Positions 10,112 through 19,944 of a stretch of DNA of 64,000 bases are shown here, one piece after another (within the stretch, counting starts at the first letter, position 1; every line of letters begins with the position of its first letter). The notes under the pieces were generated by a model. It saw only the letters and a list, made by a program, of their open reading frames with translations, made no database searches and was not told the origin of the DNA. Position numbers and translations under genes: made by a program. This stretch comes from Promethearchaeota archaeon (GTDB lineage: Archaea; Asgardarchaeota; Lokiarchaeia; Sigyniarchaeales; SOKP01): assembly GCA_016839745.1 (NCBI GenBank), contig JAEOTS010000152.1, forward strand, positions 1 through 64,000, written 5' to 3'.

Positions 10112-10996
10112 TTATAGGTGGAAATCAGTAACTTTTGGAACAGATTCCACTCTAGGATAAATTACTCGCGGTACGGGAGGTGTACTATTATAGATTTCTT
10201 CAATTTCGATAACTCCGAACTTGATTCCTCTAAACTTCTTAAATCCCGTAAATGTTCCTTTTACTACTTGATTATAAAAATCAAAATTCATACCAAACAC
10301 AGCCACTTTTGAATCAACTGGAATCTGATACAAATCTTCTTTCAATATTGAAGGAGGAAACACTAGTCTATTATGATCGGCAGCCTGAAGTTGAATGGCA
10401 GGAATCATAGTCGGATAACCATCAGCAGGATCTATGTAAGAAATTACTCTTACCGCAATAGGCGCAGCAAATAATTTAAGTCCTATAACATTTAAGCGTT
10501 TCTCGTTAAGTTTAGTCTTCGCTCCTCCTTTCCCTACTATATCTTTTATTATTCCCTTTACAATTCCAAACATGGGTAAATTTCTTATAGGTGTTGCAGC
10601 TACTATATTATTGTAATACGCCGTGTGAACTCTGACATAAGTGAAATAGCGCATTAATTGTGTCTGGTTAAAGTGCTCTAAATCTTCACCCTCTTTTGTA
10701 GTGTGGCTAAAATCTGCTTTAACCTGAAGGAACTTAAACGGCATTTTAGTATTCATATAGAATATTCCTTGCTTTGGTCTCTTTTTCACATATTTCTTGC
10801 TTGAACCTTCAGTGAAAGCCCCCCATACTATTTTGTCTTTACTTATTGCCCGATTACTCGCAATTAGAGTTACGTGGGGCCAGCCTCGTTCGTCTATAGT
10901 GGAGATTAACTTAAGCATTATATCAGGTTGAGTAAATTCAATCCCTTCTTCAGAAATTTCAGAAGACCATTCAAATTTTCTTTTACTTTTACTCAT
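10112..10996 (-). CDS. Tandem pyridoxamine-5'-phosphate-oxidase-like (FMN split-barrel) domain protein
   Basis: Two repeats of the ISTIDxxGWPH / ISYIDPADGYP motif typical of PNPOx-like barrels. Confidence 0.6.
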   Translation of the reverse strand: MSKSKRKFEWSSEISEEGIEFTQPDIMLKLISTIDERGWPHVTLIASNRAISKDKIVWGAFTEGSSKKYVKKRPKQGIFYMNTKMPFKFLQVKADFSHTTKEGEDLEHFNQTQLMRYFTYVRVHTAYYNNIVAATPIRNLPMFGIVKGIIKDIVGKGGAKTKLNEKRLNVIGLKLFAAPIAVRVISYIDPADGYPTMIPAIQLQAADHNRLVFPPSILKEDLYQIPVDSKVAVFGMNFDFYNQVVKGTFTGFKKFRGIKFGVIEIEEIYNSTPPVPRVIYPRVESVPKVTDFHL

Positions 10997-11018
10997 TTTT
11001 AATCATTTTCTCATATTT

Positions 11019-11987
11019 TTAGTTATTAGGTTCAGGATCTTCCTTTTTTTTCGTTAATCCAGACCATTGAACATTAGATACACCCAGGTTTTTGCCAATC
11101 TCAATAAATTTGTTCATTTCGTCTGTAGAGATTAGAGGGAGGTCTTTTAAGCACCATTCCATATCCAACCTTTCGTATTTCGCTGAGCATAAATTGTTGA
11201 ACGAAAGCAAATCCCACCTTTCTGGAATGTTAAGTAATTTTTTTACAATAAATTCGCCAATACCCCTAATATTTTCCTCTGTTGCAGTATAGTTTGGAAT
11301 AACAGGTGTTCGGATCCAGAGTTTCTTACTATTTTCTTGCACATATTTCGAAATCCAAATAGCATTTTCTAATATGAGATCATTAGGTACTCCTGTGTAT
11401 TCTTTATGTCTTTCAGAATTAATTTCCTTAATATCGAGAAGTACTAAATCAATATAAGGCAGTAACTTATTGTAAATACTCTTGGAAGCGTATCCGCAAG
11501 TGTCCAATGCAGTTGATATTCCGTTATCTTTACACTTCTTCAAGAATAGTAATATAAAGTCAGGTTGGAGTGTAGGTTCACCACCTGAAATGGTTATACC
11601 ACCCTTAGATTGAGTGTAATACACTTTATCTTTTTGAATTTCGTAATATAAATCCTCTAAATCCCATATTTCTCCAAACATATGTAAAGCAGTACTAGGA
11701 CATTCTTCTGAACATAATCCACAACTATCGCACTTCTCTCTATCGATATGCATACCATCCTCATCGAGAATTAATGCTCCATTCGGACACGTTTCGATAC
11801 AAATTTTGCAGCCTATGCATTTATGTTTAAACCACTCTAACTGCTTTTTTTTTAAAATAGATTCGGGATTGTGGCACCATATACAATTTAATGGACAAGA
11901 TTTGAAAAAGACCGTTGTTCTTATACCAGGTCCATCCTCAGTGGACATCTTTTGAATCTGGAAAATCAGAGCTTTAGTTTCTGCCAT
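11019..11987 (-). CDS. Glycyl-radical enzyme activating protein (radical SAM with ferredoxin insert)
   Basis: EDGPGIRTTVFFKSCPLNCIWCHNPES, two CxxCxxCxxxCP clusters, GGITISGGEP. Confidence 0.95.
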   Translation of the reverse strand: MAETKALIFQIQKMSTEDGPGIRTTVFFKSCPLNCIWCHNPESILKKKQLEWFKHKCIGCKICIETCPNGALILDEDGMHIDREKCDSCGLCSEECPSTALHMFGEIWDLEDLYYEIQKDKVYYTQSKGGITISGGEPTLQPDFILLFLKKCKDNGISTALDTCGYASKSIYNKLLPYIDLVLLDIKEINSERHKEYTGVPNDLILENAIWISKYVQENSKKLWIRTPVIPNYTATEENIRGIGEFIVKKLLNIPERWDLLSFNNLCSAKYERLDMEWCLKDLPLISTDEMNKFIEIGKNLGVSNVQWSGLTKKKEDPEPNN

Positions 11988-12348
11988 TTTAAATAGCTTT
12001 TAAGCTGTTTATTAAATTAGTAAAGTCTTGGAGTTAATTTAATTTTGTTAAATTTTAATTAAACATTTAATTATTTTAAGTTTTTATAAAGAATGAATAT
12101 AATTAATAAACGACCAGAAATATAGAATAATTAATGATTTTTGAAGGATTTTAAGATGTTTTAAATGACTGGATTGGATTTAGAAATTATTCAACCCTAA
12201 TTAATAAAATTTTACAATTATTTGATAATATAAATTCCTCGCGAGAGATGAGTTCAAGCTATTTTTTAATAAGTAATTAAAATTTGTCTTGGGAGAAAGA
12301 AATTATAAGAACTTTAAATTATTTTTAATATAAATAACTAGTTTTTGA

Positions 12349-13332
12349 GTGATTTTTATGATAAAGACTAAAGTTACAGAAATGTTAGGATGTAAATATC
12401 CGATAATTGCGGGTACGATGGCAAGGATTTCAAATCCTGAATTTGTTGCGGCAGCAAGTAATGCTGGTGCGTGTGCTGTATTGGCTAGCGCTAATTATAC
12501 TTCACCTGATGAATTACGTATGGCTATCAAGAAAACACAATCATTAACAGATCAACCATTTGCCGTAAATATTAATCTATTCCCCGCCATGATGCCTCAA
12601 GAAAAATTAGTAAAATACGTGGAAGCTACTCTAGATGAGGGTGTTAAAATAATAGAAACAAGTGGTCATAAGGCTCCAGAGGATTTAGCCCCTAAATTTA
12701 AGGAAGGGGGAACAATTTGGATCCATAAGTGTGCTGGAGTTAGATATGCATTAAAAGGAGCGTCTTTAGGTGCAGACATGATAACTGTTGTTGGATACGA
12801 AAATGGCGGAGCTACTGGAACCTTAGACATAGGTACTCTTGTAATGACCCCTTCTGTTGTCGATGCTTTGGATGTTCCTGTAATAGCTGGAGGCGGAATC
12901 TCAGATGGGAGAGGAATTGCTGCTGTCTTAGCACTTGGTGCCGAAGGAGTAATAATGGGAACAAGAATGATGGCAACACAGGAATGTCCCATTCATGACA
13001 GTCTAAAACAAGCCTTTATTCAAGCTGCAGAAACCGACACCAGTTTAGTTATGCGTTCTATTCGCAATACACATAGAGTATGGAGCAATAAAGCCGCACA
13101 ACAAATTATTGAATTAGAAGCTCAAAAAGCATCTTTGCAGGAAATTGTTAAAGCTGCCTCTGGTCAAAATGCTGAAAAAATGTACAAAGAAGGAGATATT
13201 GACGCTGGGATGGTGAGTTGTGGTCAAGGTGTAGGATTGATTAAAGATATCCCTACCATTGAACAATTACTAGATAGAATGATGAATGAAGCAGAAGAAG
13301 TAATATCAAAGTTGCAGAAGATCTCTACCTAA
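12349..13332 (+). CDS. Nitronate monooxygenase/FabK-like FMN protein
   Basis: ASNAGA, PFAVNINL, VIAGGGISDGRG, GVIMGTR, CGQGVGLI. Confidence 0.9.
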   Translation: MIFMIKTKVTEMLGCKYPIIAGTMARISNPEFVAAASNAGACAVLASANYTSPDELRMAIKKTQSLTDQPFAVNINLFPAMMPQEKLVKYVEATLDEGVKIIETSGHKAPEDLAPKFKEGGTIWIHKCAGVRYALKGASLGADMITVVGYENGGATGTLDIGTLVMTPSVVDALDVPVIAGGGISDGRGIAAVLALGAEGVIMGTRMMATQECPIHDSLKQAFIQAAETDTSLVMRSIRNTHRVWSNKAAQQIIELEAQKASLQEIVKAASGQNAEKMYKEGDIDAGMVSCGQGVGLIKDIPTIEQLLDRMMNEAEEVISKLQKIST

Positions 13333-13505
13333 TTTCTTTTTTATTTTAAATCTTACTTTTATTATTTTTATCCTTAAACGCCATGGAGCAAAATAGATTT
13401 ATCTCAATTATCGCCCTAACAAATTATAATATTGTGTTTTTTCTTCATCTGTCATCTTAATAAGAATAGGTACACCATATTCTGTATGAGAGGAGATTTA
13501 TTGCT

Positions 13506-14009
13506 TTACTCTTCTCTATTTCTATAAATGCTCCCAAATAGATAACCCAATATTATCCCAACTAGTATGTACATTATTGCGAAATTCACTAATAAGTATA
13601 ATGTAAAATCTAAAAAGAGAATAAAATCAAATCCATAATCTACTGAATACAAAATCCATTGAGAGATACTTATCAATAATAGCGATAAAACTGAACCACT
13701 TAATCCTACAATTATGCCTGTTTTAATGTGCGGTTGTGATTCTTTTCTATTTTTAAATGTGAAATAGAGTCCAATACAGTTTCCTATAATTAATAATATA
13801 TCTGCTATGAAGAAATATCCAATAGGCAAAAATAAGAATAAAATACTTGTTGATAGGGCACATATTAGAACTCCGATTATCATATTATATCTTTGAGCAA
13901 ATCCAGAATAAAGCTCTGCAACCATGTATTTTTTCACCATGTTTTTTAAATAGTATTTGAAGTAATTGTCTAATGAATATAGAGTTTTTTGAATTAAAAA
14001 AAAAACCAA
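13506..14009 (-). CDS. Hypothetical 4-TM membrane protein (true start probably an ATG near 13941 or downstream)
   Basis: Four hydrophobic segments; no family recognised. Confidence 0.6.
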   Translation of the reverse strand: MVFFLIQKTLYSLDNYFKYYLKNMVKKYMVAELYSGFAQRYNMIIGVLICALSTSILFLFLPIGYFFIADILLIIGNCIGLYFTFKNRKESQPHIKTGIIVGLSGSVLSLLLISISQWILYSVDYGFDFILFLDFTLYLLVNFAIMYILVGIILGYLFGSIYRNREE

Positions 14010-14066
14010 ACAGGGTGATTAAAACTGTCTGTAAAAAACTTTGAAAGAGATTACAGGTATTTCTAA

Positions 14067-14243
14067 CTAAAATCTATACATTTTATTTGTAATATTACCA
14101 TATACTTTTTCTGTCAGAAGTATATATCCTTCGCTCCCTGGTAATAAAACATAAATTGGATAATTTGTTTTATTGATATCGTACCCGACATTCTTCATTT
14201 CAGATTTCTGGATTTTAAAAGTGCCTGTTGTTGATGATGATTC
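14067..14243 (-). pseudogene. 3' relic of a FATP-like long-chain acyl-CoA synthetase
   Basis: Manual translation ESSSTTGTFKIQKSEMKNVGYDINKTNYPIYVLLPGSEGYILLTEKVYGNITNKMYRF*; TGTFK C-terminal motif; in-frame TGA immediately upstream and no start codon before the motif. Confidence 0.7.
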
Positions 14244-14411
14244 TCATCATCATTTTTTATGATTTCCACTTTTATCAAATATTTTGCACTATTAAGAATA
14301 GTTAACGCTTAGAAGGTTTATAAATGTTAAAAAAATAGAGAAAATTGGGTAGCGGTTCTATTAAAAATACATCTTTAACTAATTAATTGTATTCCACTAA
14401 TTTTTAATTAT

Positions 14412-15212
14412 TTATTCTGGAACTGTAGCGACAGCCCTAACCCAACCAGCGCTCGCTCTAGCTATTTTAATAGGAAAACAGTAAATTGTGGCACCAACAG
14501 GAGGAACTTTATTCAAATTCATCATTTTTTCCATTTGAAAATACCCTAACTCAATACCTGCGAAATGCCCCTCCCAGATGATTGATGTGTCCGGTTTTTT
14601 CTCTCTTACAGATCTTTTCCATTTTTTTGCTGTGAGACTAAAAGGAGCATCCCAAGACCATGCATCGATTCCAACCACATGAACGCCTTTTCTAATAATA
14701 TGTAATGTAGCTTCCTTACCAACTCCAACGCCATGATTTATGTAATTTTTAGTACCATAGTGTTTTGGAGCATTTGTGTGAACGCATAAGATATCTCCCT
14801 CTTTTAACCTATGTTCTATGTTCTCTAACTTATTGTCAATATCTTGAGGTGTCATTACATATCCTTCTTCGTAATCTGTACAGTCCAGAACAATTAACGG
14901 CCCAATACCCCATTCTAACGGAAAATCGTCGATCGTCATGGCTTTTTTCTCTCCAATTTCTCTATCTTGAACGGGAGCAAAATGCCACGGAGCGTCCATA
15001 TGAGTTCCAGAATGAGTACCTAATGTAATACTTTCTGTAGCCCACCCTTTTCCAACTGGTAGATGTTCAGGTTTCAAACGAGAAAAGACAAAACCCATTT
15101 CTTCAGCACCTCTATCGTGATCACCATACTCTATATGTGGATGTGTAAGAGGAGGGTCGAATATAAGCTCTTCGGGATTTATAATAGGGATTGAGAGATC
15201 GATAAATTTCAT
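14412..15212 (-). CDS. Cyclase/kynurenine formamidase-like metal hydrolase
   Basis: THSGTHMDAPWHF, VGIDAWSWD, QMEKM. Confidence 0.9.
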   Translation of the reverse strand: MKFIDLSIPIINPEELIFDPPLTHPHIEYGDHDRGAEEMGFVFSRLKPEHLPVGKGWATESITLGTHSGTHMDAPWHFAPVQDREIGEKKAMTIDDFPLEWGIGPLIVLDCTDYEEGYVMTPQDIDNKLENIEHRLKEGDILCVHTNAPKHYGTKNYINHGVGVGKEATLHIIRKGVHVVGIDAWSWDAPFSLTAKKWKRSVREKKPDTSIIWEGHFAGIELGYFQMEKMMNLNKVPPVGATIYCFPIKIARASAGWVRAVATVPE

Positions 15213-15375
15213 TTTTTACATTTAAATGATTTAGATAGTTCTAATATTATAAGAAATCAATGAAGATATTTATAAGTCTATGAAAAGTATTTAGTTGGTA
15301 AAATGCATGAACAAAAAAGTAAAATTTATGAAAAAAGTTGTAGAATCCTTAAAAATTCAAGATAATAATATTTAT

Positions 15376-16128
15376 TTACTTTGTACGAAATAATCTCCAG
15401 TATCGATTCATTTGACCATAATAATCGAATAAAGCATCAATACCTCTCATCTTAAGATCAGTGTTAAGAGCGATCTTATTGTGTAAAGCTCCTTGGTATG
15501 GTATTTGAGCAATCTCCGAAGCTAGCTTGTTAACTTCGGCTTCAAGATTTTCTCGAGGCACGCTAATACTCACTAGGCCCATTTCTGCCGCTTCCTTTCC
15601 AGAAATTCTTCTTCCACTCATAAGAAGATATCGTGCTTTTTTAACTCCTAAGTAAAGTTGCCATAATGGCATGCTCTGTGCACCACCCCATAATTGGGCA
15701 GGATGGCCTAAAACTGCATCATCTGAAGCTACTGTAATATCACATAACAGCTGTAAATAACAACCCGCGTCAGTACAATATCCATGAACTTGAGCAATAG
15801 TTGGTTTAGGAAAATTCAATATCCTTGGATATTTCGCAAATATTTTCTTGTTCAAGATATCATAGGAATTTTTATATTTCCATCCTCCTTCTGGAGGTGT
15901 CAAATAATAGGATCCTTTGAGATCAAAGCCAGAACAAAAACTTTTACCCGCTCCTTTTAATACTATTACTTTCGCTTTATTATCTGCTTCAGCATAATCA
16001 AAGACGGCATCTATATCATCCAGTAATTGAAAACTTAAAGCATTATGCTTTTCTGGTCTATTAAGAGTAATATAACCTACGTTCTTCTTTTTTTCATATA
16101 AAATAGTCTCAAATTCCTTTTCTATCAA
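15376..16128 (-). CDS. Crotonase-superfamily protein lacking both catalytic glutamates
   Basis: ITLNRPEKHNAL, FCSGFDL, PKPTIAQVHG; CTDAGCYL and GHPAQ at the Glu positions. Confidence 0.88.
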   Translation of the reverse strand: MIEKEFETILYEKKKNVGYITLNRPEKHNALSFQLLDDIDAVFDYAEADNKAKVIVLKGAGKSFCSGFDLKGSYYLTPPEGGWKYKNSYDILNKKIFAKYPRILNFPKPTIAQVHGYCTDAGCYLQLLCDITVASDDAVLGHPAQLWGGAQSMPLWQLYLGVKKARYLLMSGRRISGKEAAEMGLVSISVPRENLEAEVNKLASEIAQIPYQGALHNKIALNTDLKMRGIDALFDYYGQMNRYWRLFRTK

Positions 16129-16219
16129 TTTTCTTCTTCACTTACAATTTATCATTAATTTTTAATACTTCATAAATAATAATTAATATCATTTAATGCA
16201 AAGTGATTGATAAATAAAA

Positions 16220-16240
16220 TTAATGATAGATGTCTATTTA
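16220..16240 (-). promoter_or_regulatory. Shared motif TAAATAGACA-N4-TCATTAA, candidate TetR operator (copy 1)
   Basis: 17 of 21 positions identical to 19781-19801; lies upstream of the crotonase gene and overlaps a TTTAAATA box. Confidence 0.45.
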
Positions 16241-16293
16241 AAACTATAGTTATAAACTCAGATATTTAAGAAAATAAATTGATTTTCGTTTAG

Positions 16294-17073
16294 TTATTTT
16301 TTATAGTCGGATTCAACTACAATAAGATTAGGATCTGTTAATCCTAATTGGATTTTGCGTAATACATATTTACGAAATTCCGTACTTGAGAACGGTTGAG
16401 TACCAAATTGAACATTTTCCTCTGCTTCTATACCTTTATAATCATTATTTTCCTCAATAGATCGCATAGTTTTTTCTATCATGGCAGCTCCTAAGACTAA
16501 ACTATACATGAAGAATGAGAGTAGGGCTGCATTCTTTTCTTTAATCTCACCCTCATTTATGGCTTTTTGAATAACTCTTGTTGTTCCATCAAGAAAGTTA
16601 AATTGTTTATATTTCTTCTCAAAAGGTCCTATCTTATCTGAGGGGGGTGAACGAATAATATGCATCATGGTAAATGCGGTAAAATCTTCTTCGGAAAATT
16701 TAAAAAAATGCTCAAATATATTTACTAATAAATCAACGGTAGATCCTTCATGATTTTTAATAATTTCTCTATTTTCATTCCTATATTGTTCAAAAAATTT
16801 TTTACGAATCGCTATCCATAATTCTCTCTTACTTTCAACATAATTATACAGATTATTTTGGTTCATATCAAGAATTTTTGCTAATCCTCGCAAACTAAAC
16901 CCTTCTCGTCCCTTTTCTGAAAAGAGTTGTTTTCCTGCGACTAGGATCCGCTCAAATTGTTGAGCTTTCTTTTCAGGAGAGCGACTTCTTGTTTTTGTTA
17001 CTTTCGTATTACCTGTCTTTTGATTCACCATTATTTTCACACGACCATAAAATATTATATTTAAGAATGACAA
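16294..17073 (-). CDS. TetR/AcrR family transcriptional regulator
   Basis: ILVAGKQLFSEKGREGFSLRGLAKILDMNQNNLYNYVESKREL HTH; start probably the Met at MVNQK. Confidence 0.9.
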   Translation of the reverse strand: MSFLNIIFYGRVKIMVNQKTGNTKVTKTRSRSPEKKAQQFERILVAGKQLFSEKGREGFSLRGLAKILDMNQNNLYNYVESKRELWIAIRKKFFEQYRNENREIIKNHEGSTVDLLVNIFEHFFKFSEEDFTAFTMMHIIRSPPSDKIGPFEKKYKQFNFLDGTTRVIQKAINEGEIKEKNAALLSFFMYSLVLGAAMIEKTMRSIEENNDYKGIEAEENVQFGTQPFSSTEFRKYVLRKIQLGLTDPNLIVVESDYKK

Positions 17074-17639
17074 ATTTAATATTAAATATTATGGTTGTTT
17101 CTCAAAAACTGAATAAATTTATATTATTTAAAAATTATCAAAAATGCGTCCGATATCTAAGAAATAAGGAAAAAATCATTACTATTCGGATTCTATCTTC
17201 CATAACTGAGAATTTACATAAATTATACTAAATCTATAATTAAGCTTAATTGTTTTTACTTCTTTTAGTTCTATAGTATACTAAATAGACAATGTCAATT
17301 TGTTTGATTTATTAAGTAAAATAGAACTATATTACTATCATCAAGATTCAATATTGAATCATTTTGAATTTAATGTTAACTCCATTTTTTAATTTTCTTT
17401 ATCTAAAAAATTTTTGATACCATCAATGCAATTTTTAATAAAAATTAATTCAAATTTCTTGGTTTCTTATCCCGATAATATATTATTGGCAGCGGTTTTT
17501 AACATTATATCCACATTTGTTCTCATTCCATAATGTAGATAACTGTTAAAATTAATTTAAATGGATATCGTATATTTATTTAAAAATGTTTTTGAATATT
17601 ACTAATTAAATATAATTAAGAAACATATTTTATAAAAAT

Positions 17640-18476
17640 GTGAGAAATATTATGTCTGAAAAGCAATTTGAACATATAAAAGTTGAAAAAAATAAAGAAA
17701 ATAATTATGCAATCATTTCAATAATTAGGCCTGAGAAACTAAACGCTTTACACACCATCACTTTAAGAGAGATTGCTGAAGCACTTGAAGAAATGGCTTT
17801 TAATAAGTCAGTGAGATGCGTTGTTCTAAGAGGAACAAAAGAATATACAAAAAAGCCAGCATTTTCTGCAGGAGCAGATTTATCTATCCGTGGTCATCCT
17901 GATATAGATCCTAAAAACTTAATGGATCAATCTCATGCGATGTATATAAGGCAAAAATATTATGATATCATAGAGAGATTTCCCAAACCATTAATTGCCG
18001 CTGTAGATGGGTACGCTTTAGGAGGTGGGTTTGAATTAGTATTAGTCTGCGATATTGTTATTGCATCGAAACGTTCAACATTTGGCTTCCCTGAAATAAA
18101 AAGAGGAATTGCACCATTTAATGGAGGCACTCAAAGGTTAATCAGAAATCTTGGTAAGATTAGAACAAAAACTATGATCTTTTTTGGTGAACATTATAAG
18201 GCTGAAGAGATGTACGATTGGGGAATAATATCATTTCTTGTAGATGAGGACAAATTTGAAGATTTTGTACATCAAAAAGCATCTTGGTTAGGGAATGCCC
18301 CAACTAAAAGTCTTTTTGTTATAAAGAAAGCTATTGATTATGGATCTCAAGTACCTTTGAATTTAGGGCTTCAATTTGAGTATTTAGGTTATGCTATTAA
18401 TTCCCAATCTAAAGATGTAATTGAAGGTGTTACAGCATTTTTACAGAAACGAGAACCCAAGTTCACTGGTGAGTAA
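17640..18476 (+). CDS. Enoyl-CoA hydratase
   Basis: FSAGADL, ALGGGFEL and FGFPEI (both catalytic Glu), AFLQKREPKF. Confidence 0.93.
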   Translation: MRNIMSEKQFEHIKVEKNKENNYAIISIIRPEKLNALHTITLREIAEALEEMAFNKSVRCVVLRGTKEYTKKPAFSAGADLSIRGHPDIDPKNLMDQSHAMYIRQKYYDIIERFPKPLIAAVDGYALGGGFELVLVCDIVIASKRSTFGFPEIKRGIAPFNGGTQRLIRNLGKIRTKTMIFFGEHYKAEEMYDWGIISFLVDEDKFEDFVHQKASWLGNAPTKSLFVIKKAIDYGSQVPLNLGLQFEYLGYAINSQSKDVIEGVTAFLQKREPKFTGE

Positions 18477-18566
18477 ATGAAAATAAAATAAAATCAAAAA
18501 GAATTTTTATTATGCTTTTTTTTTAATTTTTTAATTTATTTATCAAGGTTGTAAGCTGTACTGAAA

Positions 18567-19739
18567 TTATTGCATATCGACAAATTTTCCAGATTTAAGC
18601 ATTTCACATGGTTTTAGATAAGATTTCCCCAATTTCTCCGAATATTCTTCTAATACATTGCTAAGCTCTTTGTAGTTAGTTGTTGCATATTGCATTGGAC
18701 CTGGAAAGTTCATACCTGCTTGAATGGCTTCATCTATAACCTTCCAGCTCTTTACAACGCCTTCTTCCAAAATCCTACAACCTTCATTGGCAGTAATTGC
18801 AATGAAAACCCGACGATCAACTAATCCCGCTTTTTTAGATAAATCAGGCTGAGGCCGCCCTTTTGACCAATCATAATATCCTTTTCCAGTTTTTTTTCCC
18901 AAAGTACCTTTATTATAATGCATTGTTAAAACTTTCCCTGGCTTGAAATCAGCGGATATTTTCTCAGCATAATATAAACCGGCGTTAAATGCTATATCTC
19001 TACCAGTAAAATCGGCTAAAGTCAATGAAGTCATAGGAGCGTTTGGATTAGACAAATCAGCATCAACCTGTTCCCAAGGTATTTCGTTCTCGTATGCTAG
19101 ATCCACAATATAATTAGTATATATGCTACTCGGTGCTAATACCCTATTTACAATGAATCCAGGGCGATCTTTTAAAACTCGCGCAACATATCTCTCTCCT
19201 CTAAGACAAGGTAATGTCTTAGCAACTTTCACACCAATATCCATCGCTTCTTCTGAGGCTTTATCTCCTTTTATCACTTCTATCAAGCGCATTAAGGGGG
19301 CAGGATTAAAGAAATGCATTCCAATTACATTTTCAGGTTTATCACAAACTTGAGCAATTTCTGTTATGCTAATAGAAGACGTATTCGAAGCAAATATACA
19401 ATGCTCAGGTGAATTATCAATTACCTCCTTACATAATTGCTGTTTAATATCGGGTTTCTCTAATACCGCTTCTATAACAAGATCAGCATTTTTCACCGCA
19501 TTGCTTAAGTTTTTATTCACTTTTAATTTTTCCATTATTGTTGCCGCAGTTGCACCTTTAGGTAATTTTCCTTTTTCCTCTAACTTCTCAAAACCAGTCC
19601 TATTGTACTCTAGGCCCTTCTGGATAATTTCATCGCTCACATCCACCGCAGTAACGCTATAACCTGCCATTAAACATACTTGGGCAATTCCTTTTCCCAT
19701 ATCTCCAAAGCCAAGCATTACAATATTTTTTACTTCCAC
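18567..19739 (-). CDS. 3-hydroxyacyl-CoA dehydrogenase (duplicated C-terminal domain)
   Basis: GFGDMGKGIA Rossmann motif, VIEAVLE, ASNTSS, GMHFFNP, PGFIVNR, GKKTGKGYY. Confidence 0.94.
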   Translation of the reverse strand: MEVKNIVMLGFGDMGKGIAQVCLMAGYSVTAVDVSDEIIQKGLEYNRTGFEKLEEKGKLPKGATAATIMEKLKVNKNLSNAVKNADLVIEAVLEKPDIKQQLCKEVIDNSPEHCIFASNTSSISITEIAQVCDKPENVIGMHFFNPAPLMRLIEVIKGDKASEEAMDIGVKVAKTLPCLRGERYVARVLKDRPGFIVNRVLAPSSIYTNYIVDLAYENEIPWEQVDADLSNPNAPMTSLTLADFTGRDIAFNAGLYYAEKISADFKPGKVLTMHYNKGTLGKKTGKGYYDWSKGRPQPDLSKKAGLVDRRVFIAITANEGCRILEEGVVKSWKVIDEAIQAGMNFPGPMQYATTNYKELSNVLEEYSEKLGKSYLKPCEMLKSGKFVDMQ

Positions 19740-19780
19740 ATTATATCACTCTCTTTTATTAATTTTTATGTGATGTTTAA

Positions 19781-19801
19781 TAAATAGACAGCACTCATTA
19801 A
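19781..19801 (+). promoter_or_regulatory. Shared motif TAAATAGACA-N4-TCATTAA, candidate TetR operator (copy 2)
   Basis: Lies in the divergent HAD/thiolase promoter region; matches 16220-16240 on the minus strand. Confidence 0.45.
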
Positions 19802-19944
19802 AAATGTTTTTTAAAATAGCTTTTCTAAAAAAGACTAGCTGTTACACGGCTAAATAGTAAAATTTCAAATTTCTATATTTTAGGAAAAATTTAAAAGAAA
19901 TAATATACAATGTAGATTTAAAAAATTAATGGTGAAAAGTAAAG

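Noticed and set aside
11019-11987. Radical SAM protein as the anaerobic sulfatase maturase
   Set aside because: It has the GRE-activase signature and ferredoxin insert, not a C-terminal SPASM domain
13410-13500. Protein-like minus-strand fragment (ISSHTEYGVPILIKMTDEEKTQYYNLLGR)
   Set aside because: No start context or recognisable family; could be chance or an unidentifiable relic
16989-17231. 80-aa ORF; likewise 32272..32487, 50406..50618 and 62693..63013
   Set aside because: AT-rich intergenic or antisense frames overlapping promoters or real genes
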